From assembly GCA_042216335.1 (NCBI GenBank), contig JBDGTY010000006.1, forward strand, positions 26,042-60,854: a DNA stretch of 34,813 nt, given 5' to 3'. Position 1 is the stretch's first letter; each line of letters starts with the position of its first letter. The notes under the pieces were generated by a model. It was given only the letters and a program-made list of their open reading frames with translations. It was not told the DNA's origin and did not search any database. The translations under genes and the position numbers were made by a program. Source of the stretch: Candidatus Nanohalobium sp. (GTDB lineage Archaea; Nanohalarchaeota; Nanosalinia; Nanosalinales; Nanosalinaceae). Of this stretch, positions 8,010-16,264 are shown piece by piece.

Positions 8010-10529
8010 ATGAAGAAACTGGCAGTGATCCTAGGAATCCTGCTCTGCGGGACGGCCGCGGCACAGGTCACAGTCAAACCCAACATAGAGTTTGTCCTGC
8101 CCGATACGAATACACGGGTAACGGTAGGCGAATCTTTCGGGGCGCAGAACGTCACGGTAAACAATGACTCGCTGCAGATGGGGCACAAAAACTTCTCCTT
8201 CACCCAGTACAGAAACGGAACGTACAAACCACTTACGATAAAAATCGCGAGCTATGACTTCACTTTCAGCAGCTACCCTAAGGTTTTGATGCAGTTCAGT
8301 GCCAAATCAGGCGCCAGCGGAGACAAGTTCGTATACGCCAACATCTCAAGTCTGCCTGACCTCCCATCTGCCTCAGGAACGGATACGGAACCGGTTTACA
8401 GGCTTTCATCCGGAAGTGATACCTCTCAGTCCTTAGAAGGCAACATAGCTATAAACGAGACTTTCTCCAGTGGGGCAGTTTTCACTCTGGAGGCCGGTGT
8501 TCCGGGAAGCTTCGACGAGAAACAGAACACCACTGACTCGAAGGGGCAGACATCAACCGGAGGTAGCTCCGGCGGGGGCGGGGGAAGCTACTCAGGGCCA
8601 ACTCAACAGCAGTTAAACAATATAAATGAGACATTGCAGGAGTTGAAGGAGCAGCTTGACAACGCTTCGGAGTACATCGATTTCAGCAGTAGCAGCATCA
8701 ACGCGGAGCTAAAGCCAGGCGAGTCAAAGAGAACCAGCATAACACTTGTCAACAACCTGAACCGATCCCAGACGTTCAATATCTCGACCACCAGCGATGT
8801 AAGGGAATACATCAAGGTCCAGGATTCCCTCACAGTAGCGCAGGGAGAGAGCAAGAAGCTCGATGTTAAGATCACTATCCCTTCGACCGAGTTGCCGAAG
8901 AGTGTTTCCGGCAGCCTGAAGTTCAGCAGTTCACTCGTCGACAAGGCCAGTATCCCTGTGAATATCGATGTCTTGCCTCCGGATCGCCAGACTCTGAGTC
9001 TCAGCCTGAACCCATTGTTCAACACTGTAGCCCCGGGCGAGACTCTCAGGTTCGAGGCCAAGCTGCAGAATGAGGGTTACACCGGCACGATCAACGTGAC
9101 CACGGATATAGAGCTGAAGGATCCCGAGACAGGGAACGTTATAGCCAGGAAAACCGTGACCGCCGAGGTAGGAGGCTCCAAGACTGACGTAGTGACGATA
9201 GAGGTGCCGGAGAACGCCACGAAACAGCAGTACACTCTGGAGGGAACATCAACGTATACAGGCATCAACGCCTCGGAACAGGCTACCTCTATAGCACCTG
9301 TCACGGTCGCGACACCGTTCTGGAAGAGGAAAGTCGCCGGAGTCACATACAGGAACGGCGCGATAGCCTCAATCATCCTGCTGATCCTGGGGATCGGAGG
9401 CTACTACGGATACAGATACAGACAGGCCATCATCGCGAAGAAGCGACGCTACGACGAAGACATAGACATGGAAACTATCCCAAGCGGCGGAGAAGACCAG
9501 GCCTACGTAGGTCAGATCGCGGAGAGAGGTAAGAGAACATTCGTGGAGATGGATGACCTGATGACACACGCGATGGTTGCCGGAGCCACAGGATCCGGTA
9601 AAACCGTTACAGGACAGGTCATGGCCGAGGAAGCACTCAAGGAAGGAAAGAACGTCATCGTCCTCGACCCTACAGCCCAGTGGACCGGATTCCTCCGGGA
9701 AAACACAGACGACAGCATGTTCAGCGAATACGATAAGTTTGACATGTCTAAGAGTGATGCACAGGCCTTCGACGGCAACATCCGGGCCGTAGAGCCAGGA
9801 GAATCCATCGACATCACTCCTTACCTGAACGAGGACAGCGATATTGACGGACAGATCATAATCTTCAGCCTCCACAAGCTCGACAGCAAAAATATCGACA
9901 AGTTCGTCAAAGAGACCATCCAGCAGGTGTTCGACGCCAACCTGCCGGAGCAGAACCATTTAGAGACCATGATAGTATACGACGAGGTTCACAGGCTGCT
10001 CGACGAGTTCGGAGGGAGTGGAAAAGGACTGAAACAGGTCGAGAGAGGTGCAAGAGAGTTCAGGAAGTGGGGTATCGGCATGTTGCTGCTTTCCCAGGTT
10101 ATCAGCGACTTCCCGCACGAGGTCAGGACCAACATCGGCACAACAGTCCAGATGCGTACAGAGGACGAGAACGACCTTGACAGGATGAAGGACAAGTTCG
10201 GCATGGACACAGTCAAATCCATCGCCAAGGCTGAGATCGGGTCAGGCATGCTTCAGAACCCGGAATATAATCACGGTCGGCCATACTTCGTCGACTTCAG
10301 ACCGCCGCTCCACAGCCCACACAGGCTCAGCGACTCCGAACTCGAGAAATACGAGCAGTACAACAAGATGATCGATCTGCTCGAACAGAAAGTCGATAAG
10401 ATGAAAAGCTCCGGCAAGGACACCTATGAACTGGAGAGCGAGATTCAGCTGGCGCGTAAAAACCTGAAGAAGGGAAGCTTCAACCTCGTAGAGACATACA
10501 TTGAGGAACTGAAGGAAGAACTTCAGTAG
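8010..10529 (+). CDS. Type I membrane protein with a large extracellular Ig-like region fused to a cytoplasmic FtsK/HerA-superfamily (DUF87-like) ATPase
   Basis: Signal peptide MKKLAVILGILLCGTAAA, Gly linker and two Ig-like domains. TM GAIASIILLILGIGGYYGY (~9357-9413) followed by RYRQAIIAKKRR. Walker A GATGSGKT (9582-9605), VIVLDP strand, Walker B MIVYDEVH, REFRKWG Arg-finger region and LLSQ motif. Confidence 0.9.
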   Translation: MKKLAVILGILLCGTAAAQVTVKPNIEFVLPDTNTRVTVGESFGAQNVTVNNDSLQMGHKNFSFTQYRNGTYKPLTIKIASYDFTFSSYPKVLMQFSAKSGASGDKFVYANISSLPDLPSASGTDTEPVYRLSSGSDTSQSLEGNIAINETFSSGAVFTLEAGVPGSFDEKQNTTDSKGQTSTGGSSGGGGGSYSGPTQQQLNNINETLQELKEQLDNASEYIDFSSSSINAELKPGESKRTSITLVNNLNRSQTFNISTTSDVREYIKVQDSLTVAQGESKKLDVKITIPSTELPKSVSGSLKFSSSLVDKASIPVNIDVLPPDRQTLSLSLNPLFNTVAPGETLRFEAKLQNEGYTGTINVTTDIELKDPETGNVIARKTVTAEVGGSKTDVVTIEVPENATKQQYTLEGTSTYTGINASEQATSIAPVTVATPFWKRKVAGVTYRNGAIASIILLILGIGGYYGYRYRQAIIAKKRRYDEDIDMETIPSGGEDQAYVGQIAERGKRTFVEMDDLMTHAMVAGATGSGKTVTGQVMAEEALKEGKNVIVLDPTAQWTGFLRENTDDSMFSEYDKFDMSKSDAQAFDGNIRAVEPGESIDITPYLNEDSDIDGQIIIFSLHKLDSKNIDKFVKETIQQVFDANLPEQNHLETMIVYDEVHRLLDEFGGSGKGLKQVERGAREFRKWGIGMLLLSQVISDFPHEVRTNIGTTVQMRTEDENDLDRMKDKFGMDTVKSIAKAEIGSGMLQNPEYNHGRPYFVDFRPPLHSPHRLSDSELEKYEQYNKMIDLLEQKVDKMKSSGKDTYELESEIQLARKNLKKGSFNLVETYIEELKEELQ

Positions 10530-10564
10530 GCTTTAACAACGAGCCTGACGTACAGGTGGATTAG

Positions 10565-11599
10565 ATGGGAATACTCAACCCCTTCGGCAGTGAGGAAGAG
10601 ACTGAAAGCGTTTCAGATGCAGTCTCACAGGCGCAGAACCAGGTAGACGAGGAACTGGACGAATCCAAAGAGGAATGGGAGGCACAGAGCCCCCAGCAGG
10701 GTCAGACAGGCGAAGAAACAGACATGATCGCCGAGGTACAGAAGCTGAAGGCGAAGCTGGAGGCACTAGACGAGAAACAGGAGACTATATCCGCGAGGAA
10801 CGACCGGTTGTCTGAAAACATCGGAAGCATGCGTGAGAACATGAAGGACGTCCAGCAGGATGTCCAAGAGGCTGTCGCTGCAGCGCAGAAATCCTCCGAC
10901 CTTGTGGAATCGCTTGAGCCTCAGGAAATCGAGCAGGAGCTCCAGCAGCGTACTTCGGAGCATGAGAAGATAGAGGCGCAGGTGGAGAACCAGCAGGAGA
11001 TGATCCAGGAGCTGCAGAACCAGATACAGGATCTGCGGCAGGACTTCGAGCAGATAGGTTCTATAGAGACAGTGAAGCAGTTCAGGGACGAGGCCGAGCA
11101 GAAGCTTGCGACCGTCCGGAAGCTTGAGGAACGGGCACAGAGCCAGGCGAACAAAGTGGAGGACATATTCCATGAACTCCAGCAGAAGTCCGCCCGGATA
11201 GAGAAACTGGAGGACCAGCAGGAGGAACTGAGGGAGGAGGTCTCGGAGAACGCACGGAACATCGACGACCTCGAAGTCAAGTTTCAGGGACTTCCAAACG
11301 AGGACGAGTTCAAGGAGTTACAGGACAGTTTCAAGGAGAAAGTCGAAGAGATCGACGCTGTTTTGCCGGCAATGGAGGAGGCCTTCGACGATATGGAAGT
11401 CAACGAGATGTCAAAGGAGAACCGGAAGATTGCCAGGAAGCTGAAGGAGATAGAGGACAAGATAGAGGAAGTCGACCAGCAGGTCATGGAACAGGAAAGA
11501 GATGACGAAGAGGTAGACGAGCTAAGGAAAGCGGTTAAGAAGAACACGGAGCTTCTTGTGGATATAGTCGAGAGGCTGGACGGACACCGCATCCTGTAG
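10565..11599 (+). CDS. Long acidic coiled-coil protein
   Basis: ~290 aa of heptad-like E/Q/K-rich sequence with no TM or signal peptide, and a short hydrophobic N-terminus MGILNPF. Confidence 0.85.
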   Translation: MGILNPFGSEEETESVSDAVSQAQNQVDEELDESKEEWEAQSPQQGQTGEETDMIAEVQKLKAKLEALDEKQETISARNDRLSENIGSMRENMKDVQQDVQEAVAAAQKSSDLVESLEPQEIEQELQQRTSEHEKIEAQVENQQEMIQELQNQIQDLRQDFEQIGSIETVKQFRDEAEQKLATVRKLEERAQSQANKVEDIFHELQQKSARIEKLEDQQEELREEVSENARNIDDLEVKFQGLPNEDEFKELQDSFKEKVEEIDAVLPAMEEAFDDMEVNEMSKENRKIARKLKEIEDKIEEVDQQVMEQERDDEEVDELRKAVKKNTELLVDIVERLDGHRIL

Positions 11600-11617
11600 A
11601 AAGGAAGACTGATGCAG

Positions 11618-11625
11618 TATAAAAA
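11618..11625 (+). promoter_or_regulatory. Putative TATA box of aRF1
   Basis: TATAAAAA ending about 25 nt before ATG 11650. Confidence 0.6.
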
Positions 11626-11649
11626 GAGTTCATATCCAAACCTTCTAAC

Positions 11650-12906
11650 ATGACAGAACAAAACCCGGAGGATTCCGGAAGTTCGGGAGAGATGAGCAAG
11701 TACCAGTTGAAGAAACTGGTCAACGAACTGGAAGACATCAGAGGAAGGAACACGGAACTGGTCTCGCTGTATATACCAGCCGGATACGACATGTCGAAGA
11801 TTTCCGAATTCATAACTTCAGAACAGTCCGAAGCAGAAAATATCAAGTCGAAGCACACTAGGAACAACGTTCAGGACGCTCTCGGGAAGATCGGCAGGAA
11901 AGTTAAGGAGGAACAGGAGACACCGGAGAACGGCGTCGCATTCTTCGCAGGAAACGTCTCAGACACAGAAGGAAGACCCGACATCAAGATATGGGAGGTC
12001 GTACCGCCCCAACCCATCGAGTCACGGCACTACCGATGCGACAAGGAGTTTGTTCTAGAACCCTTGAAGCAGATGATCGTGGACGACCGAGTCTATGGTT
12101 TAATCGTCTGCGACAAGAATGACGCCGCTATCGGATATCTGCAGGGCAGCAGCATCAAAACAGCATACACACTGGAGTCAAACGTGCCTGGAAAGACCAA
12201 AGCGGGAGGTCAGAGCGCTCAGCGCTTCTCACGTCTACGTGAAGAGATGCTGAAGACTTTTCTAAGCGATATAGCTGAGAAGTCGAAGAACGCGTTCATG
12301 AAGAAGGCGCGGGAGGATAAACTGCTCGGTATCCTCGTCGGAGGCCCGGGATTCGTGAAGGACAAGCTTCTGGACGACGATTACCTGCATCAGGAACTCC
12401 AGGACAAGGTCATCACGCGGAAGTCTCTGGACGTAGCCGGCGAGGCAGGTCTTTCACGTCTCGTGGATAAGGCCGAGGAGGAGATAGAGGACTCAAAGGT
12501 CGTAAAGGAGAAGAACCTTGTCAACGAGTTCTTCGACAACCTGCAGAAAGAGAACGGGAAGTCCGAATACGGTGTAGAGCAGGTCGAGGAAGCCCTGAAG
12601 ATGGGTGCCGTGGAGACCGTACTGATCTCGGAGGACGTCAACCTCTACAGGGCGAGGTACAAGTGCCCGAACGGCCACGAAAAGGAGTTCTTCGAGGACA
12701 AAGCAGATATCGACGATTCAGTTGACTGCGACGAGTGCCACGAGGAGATGGATCTGGAAGACATCGGAGACATCGTGGATGTCTTCGGTGAAAAGGCGGA
12801 GGAGATGAGCTCCAGCCTTGAGATTATATCAACTGATCACGAAGAGGGTCAGAGACTGATGAACCTTGGAGGAGTAGCCGCGATCATGCGTTACAGGATC
12901 CGGTAA
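11650..12906 (+). CDS. prf1: Peptide chain release factor aRF1
   Basis: NIKS motif, YRCD motif, GGQSAQRF catalytic loop, GRNTELVSLYIP N-terminus, Zn-ribbon-like insertion (CPNGH...CDEC) and GGVAAIMRY C-terminus. Confidence 0.98.
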   Translation: MTEQNPEDSGSSGEMSKYQLKKLVNELEDIRGRNTELVSLYIPAGYDMSKISEFITSEQSEAENIKSKHTRNNVQDALGKIGRKVKEEQETPENGVAFFAGNVSDTEGRPDIKIWEVVPPQPIESRHYRCDKEFVLEPLKQMIVDDRVYGLIVCDKNDAAIGYLQGSSIKTAYTLESNVPGKTKAGGQSAQRFSRLREEMLKTFLSDIAEKSKNAFMKKAREDKLLGILVGGPGFVKDKLLDDDYLHQELQDKVITRKSLDVAGEAGLSRLVDKAEEEIEDSKVVKEKNLVNEFFDNLQKENGKSEYGVEQVEEALKMGAVETVLISEDVNLYRARYKCPNGHEKEFFEDKADIDDSVDCDECHEEMDLEDIGDIVDVFGEKAEEMSSSLEIISTDHEEGQRLMNLGGVAAIMRYRIR

Positions 12907-12933
12907 TTTAAACCTGGAGCCGAATTTTTCCCT

Positions 12934-13497
12934 ATGACAGACGCATTAAGCAGGATTGATTTTCCAGACAACAGATACACTGTAAAGCAGAAAGCAGTGA
13001 GAAACGCGTACAAGATATACGACTCGGCCGGCGAAGAGGTCTTGAAGACTAAGCAGAAGATGTTCAAGATGAAGGAGGAGTTCCCGTTCACCGACCCGGA
13101 GGGGAACGCAGTCTTCAATGTCAAGGCCGAGAACGTGATGGATATCGCCGGAGACTACGCCATCACCGATGCAGGAACAGGAGAGAAGGTTGCGGTGCTG
13201 AAGAAGGATTTTACGTTCCTCGTGCACTCCTGGAGGATCCACGACGCAGATGACAACCAGGTCGCACTTATCCAGAGCCGTGGAAAGCTTATAGGACTTC
13301 TCAGAGCGTTCTCCAATATTGCCAACATGCTACCGCACAAGTACACAATCGAGGACGCGGAAGGAGAGCAGATCGGAACGATACAGGGCAAGTTCAGCCT
13401 CCGAGACAGGTACGAGATAGAGCTGGAGGAAGGAGTAGAGAACAAGGAGATGATCCTCGCAGCCGCCATCACCATCGACGCTCTCGAAGGGAACTAG
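12934..13497 (+). CDS. LURP-one-related/scramblase (tubby C-terminal-like) family protein
   Basis: Repeated Y/WxIxDxxGxxV strands, KQKMFKMKEEF, and C-terminal ILAAAITIDA helix. Confidence 0.8.
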   Translation: MTDALSRIDFPDNRYTVKQKAVRNAYKIYDSAGEEVLKTKQKMFKMKEEFPFTDPEGNAVFNVKAENVMDIAGDYAITDAGTGEKVAVLKKDFTFLVHSWRIHDADDNQVALIQSRGKLIGLLRAFSNIANMLPHKYTIEDAEGEQIGTIQGKFSLRDRYEIELEEGVENKEMILAAAITIDALEGN

Positions 13498-13499
13498 AT

Positions 13500-14081
13500 A
13501 TGGAGATCAGGAAACTGACAGAGGAAGCCGAGGACTTCACGGGAAACGTCTGGCTGATGGACGGAGAGGAAAAAATCTTAGTCGATGCCGGGACGGGTGA
13601 CTCATGGCAGCAGATAATGAAACTGGAGGAACTGGACAAGGTAGTTATCACACATTCTCACTACGACCATGTCGACAACCTCCCGAAGATAGTGGACCGG
13701 TTCGACTGCCAGGTTTTCGCATTCAAACCTGAGAACCTTCCGGTATCTGCCAGTAGGATCGAAGACGGAGATGAACTGGAGCTCTCAGGTGTAAAATTTG
13801 AAGTCCTCCACACACCCGGCCACAGGGACGATTCTGTCTGCCTCTACAGCCCGGATATGAAGATACTTTTCACGGGAGACCTGGTCTTCCCGGAAGGAGG
13901 CTTCGGCAGGACGGATCTGGACGAGGGAGACAGGGATAAGCTTATCGAATCGATAGAGAATGTTTCCGAACTTGACGTAGATGAGTTCTATCCTGGCCAC
14001 GAGGACGCAGTGGAGAGAGACGCAGACAGATGTATAGAGAAGTCGCTGGAAGAGGCGAAACGTCGTGAGCCGAAGTATTAG
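13500..14081 (+). CDS. MBL-fold metallo-hydrolase (glyoxalase II-like)
   Basis: LVDAG, THSHYDH (HxHxDH), HTPGH, FTGD, GRTDL and YPGH motifs. Confidence 0.93.
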   Translation: MEIRKLTEEAEDFTGNVWLMDGEEKILVDAGTGDSWQQIMKLEELDKVVITHSHYDHVDNLPKIVDRFDCQVFAFKPENLPVSASRIEDGDELELSGVKFEVLHTPGHRDDSVCLYSPDMKILFTGDLVFPEGGFGRTDLDEGDRDKLIESIENVSELDVDEFYPGHEDAVERDADRCIEKSLEEAKRREPKY

Positions 14082-14737
14082 AGAACTTCGAACAGGATCC
14101 ACCGGTAGAGATCTTTCGCCTTTCTGTATGCTATAAATCCTCCGGCCAGTGCAGCTGCGATGACCAGTACTGCTGTTGATAATGTGTCGATCTGTTTTGC
14201 GAGGGCAATGAAGTCGTCGCGGACGTACCAGCCGATGAATGCCAGAACAAAGTTTCTGGGCACCATGCCAATGAAGCTCCAGACGCCGTACTGTTTCCAG
14301 TCCATGCGAAAAAGCCCTGCGGACCCCGAGATGAGTGAGAGCGGGACGATCGGCAGGGCGCGGAACAATGCGACGTAGTACTTCTCGTTTCCGCCTGCGA
14401 ACTTTTCCTCGAGTTTCTCGGCCTCCTCCCAGGAGATGTCGAGGTACTTTCCCCATCTTCCCAGCACCGGTTTTCCACCGAAGTAGGCGATACCGTAGAC
14501 GAAGTAGGAGGAAAGCACCGAGGCTATCGATGCCGGCAAAACTATCACAAACAGTATCTTGATAAGGGCGGGAAGGAGTGCATCGGTCTGTACCAGTATC
14601 GCTCCGGCCGCCATCGGGATAATCGGCGAAGGTATCGGGACCGCCACCTCCTCTATAACCATCCCGACCACAACCGCCAGCACCTCGTACTGCCGGATCA
14701 GTTCGATTATCGGCTGAATCGGGATGTCAAGAACCAT
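14078..14737 (-). CDS. DedA family (VTT domain) membrane protein
   Basis: EEVAVPIPSPIIPMAAG, YGIAYFGG, FRALPIVP and AGLFRM motifs, with multiple TM helices. Confidence 0.9.
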   Translation of the reverse strand: MVLDIPIQPIIELIRQYEVLAVVVGMVIEEVAVPIPSPIIPMAAGAILVQTDALLPALIKILFVIVLPASIASVLSSYFVYGIAYFGGKPVLGRWGKYLDISWEEAEKLEEKFAGGNEKYYVALFRALPIVPLSLISGSAGLFRMDWKQYGVWSFIGMVPRNFVLAFIGWYVRDDFIALAKQIDTLSTAVLVIAAALAGGFIAYRKAKDLYRWILFEVL

Positions 14738-14760
14738 GTGAAAATTAACTAGAGGATTTG

Positions 14761-16212
14761 TTATAAACTCTTCCAGAGCTTTGCGAAATAATCGATCACT
14801 GAGCTGATGAAGCCCTGATTAAACAGTTTCTCGTTCCTGTAATAATCATCATTCTGCTGGGTATGGTTCTTGAAGTCCAGTTCCCTGACATCTATCTTCT
14901 CCGAGCTTATCTCCTCAGGAAGATTTTTCACCGAGTAAACCGGATAATCGTAGCTGTTGACTTTGTCAAGGCAGTTCTCAAACTTCTGCCTCGAGGAGTA
15001 CTTGCACGGGGTTAAATCAAGGAACCCGGAGTAATATTTCCATTTCTCGACATTGGAATCAAGTCTTCTGCCTCCAATCTTCCTGTAGAGATTCTTGATC
15101 GAGTTATTCCTCATAACGTAATTCCTTATAATCAGCTCGGAGTAGGCATAGCCAAACTCCCTGTTCTGATCACTCTGCGGCCGCCAGGACTTCATGAAGC
15201 TCATGTTCTGGCGGTAGTAGTTCCAGAGCTTTTCTTTGCTGCCTTTAGATGGAAGCCTGGAATAGCTTCTGTCCGCCTCCACTCTGTCGTATCTGACCGA
15301 ATCTCCGAAAAGCTTTCTCTGCGGTCTCTCAGGTGTAGTGGCTTTCCTGACCTGTGACTGGACGTAACCCGCCAGACCTTCGTCCAGGTAGCTGCTGGAG
15401 GTTCGGTCGAATCCCAGCTTTCCGTCGTTGAAGGCGTGGACCGTTTCCTCGGCGAGGACCGCAGGGAAGTTATCAGCATTTTCCCTAATTCTGATTATTC
15501 CGGCGCTGTACTCTCCTTCACTCCATTCGGCCGCCTGTTCCTCGTAGGTCTGGTTCGGAAGGACAGCGACAGGAATCGAAGAATAGCTCTGACGCAGACC
15601 AGTGGTTGCGACGGCTACGCGGTACGCCAGGGAAGCATTGCCGGGCTCCGAGCCGAAAAACGTGTAGTCTGCCTGCTTCTCCCCTGTGCCGAAGTTCACC
15701 TTGATGCTGGCCGCCCCCTCACCCTTGAACCTGATCGTTTCGTTGGTGTATCCGACCTTTAGTCCGCGGGAGGGATCAGCGGAGAGAAAGTCTTCGACCC
15801 TTATCTTCCCGGATGTCGTGGTATCGGAGAAGCTCGGTAGAGAGATGGTACGGGTGTAGAGGCCGTCAGCTATCTCCTTTGCTTCCCTGTCTATCCTCAT
15901 CCTGATCTTTATGGTTTCCGAGGTCCTGCGTTCTCCCTGGTTCGTCTCGATAGTCACAGTATTTCCGCTCCTCTGGTAGTCCTCTATCCCTCCGATCGAG
16001 TCGCTTATGCCGAGTATCTCGGCGTTCTCCGGCACCGTCCACTCAAGTTTCCAGGAGTTGACCGGGCAGTTATTCCTGTCCTCATCGCACTCCAGGACCG
16101 CTGTAGTATTTATTCTCACATTCTTTCTGTCTGCCTCAACCTGGTAGCTGACCTGTGCAGCAGCCGAAAAAACCGTTAAGAGCAACAGTATCGAGAGAAT
16201 CGCCTTCTTCAT
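14761..16212 (-). CDS. Secreted gluzincin/peptidase MA-like protein with a degenerate zinc motif
   Basis: Signal peptide. LAEETVHAF at the HExxH position followed by YLDEGLAGY, and a later GYAYSELII helix. Confidence 0.7.
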   Translation of the reverse strand: MKKAILSILLLLTVFSAAAQVSYQVEADRKNVRINTTAVLECDEDRNNCPVNSWKLEWTVPENAEILGISDSIGGIEDYQRSGNTVTIETNQGERRTSETIKIRMRIDREAKEIADGLYTRTISLPSFSDTTTSGKIRVEDFLSADPSRGLKVGYTNETIRFKGEGAASIKVNFGTGEKQADYTFFGSEPGNASLAYRVAVATTGLRQSYSSIPVAVLPNQTYEEQAAEWSEGEYSAGIIRIRENADNFPAVLAEETVHAFNDGKLGFDRTSSSYLDEGLAGYVQSQVRKATTPERPQRKLFGDSVRYDRVEADRSYSRLPSKGSKEKLWNYYRQNMSFMKSWRPQSDQNREFGYAYSELIIRNYVMRNNSIKNLYRKIGGRRLDSNVEKWKYYSGFLDLTPCKYSSRQKFENCLDKVNSYDYPVYSVKNLPEEISSEKIDVRELDFKNHTQQNDDYYRNEKLFNQGFISSVIDYFAKLWKSL

Positions 16213-16264
16213 GCAGTGTTAAAGGCCGGGGCAGGAATAAAAATCTGGGAGTTAACCTAGAGTT

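Noticed and set aside
8010-11599. HerA-Rad50 DNA repair operon or HerA-based defence system
   Set aside because: The ATPase has a signal peptide and TM instead of a HAS barrel, the coiled-coil protein lacks Walker motifs and a zinc hook, and no nurA, mre11 or Sir2 gene is adjacent.
1835-11599. Type IV pilus or archaellum cluster
   Set aside because: No class III signal peptides, PilB/ArlI-type ATPase or TadC/ArlJ membrane platform recognised.
8603-11867. Multiple minus-strand ORFs opposite the ATPase and coiled-coil genes
   Set aside because: Ser/Leu/Phe-rich mirror translations of Glu/Lys-rich genes.
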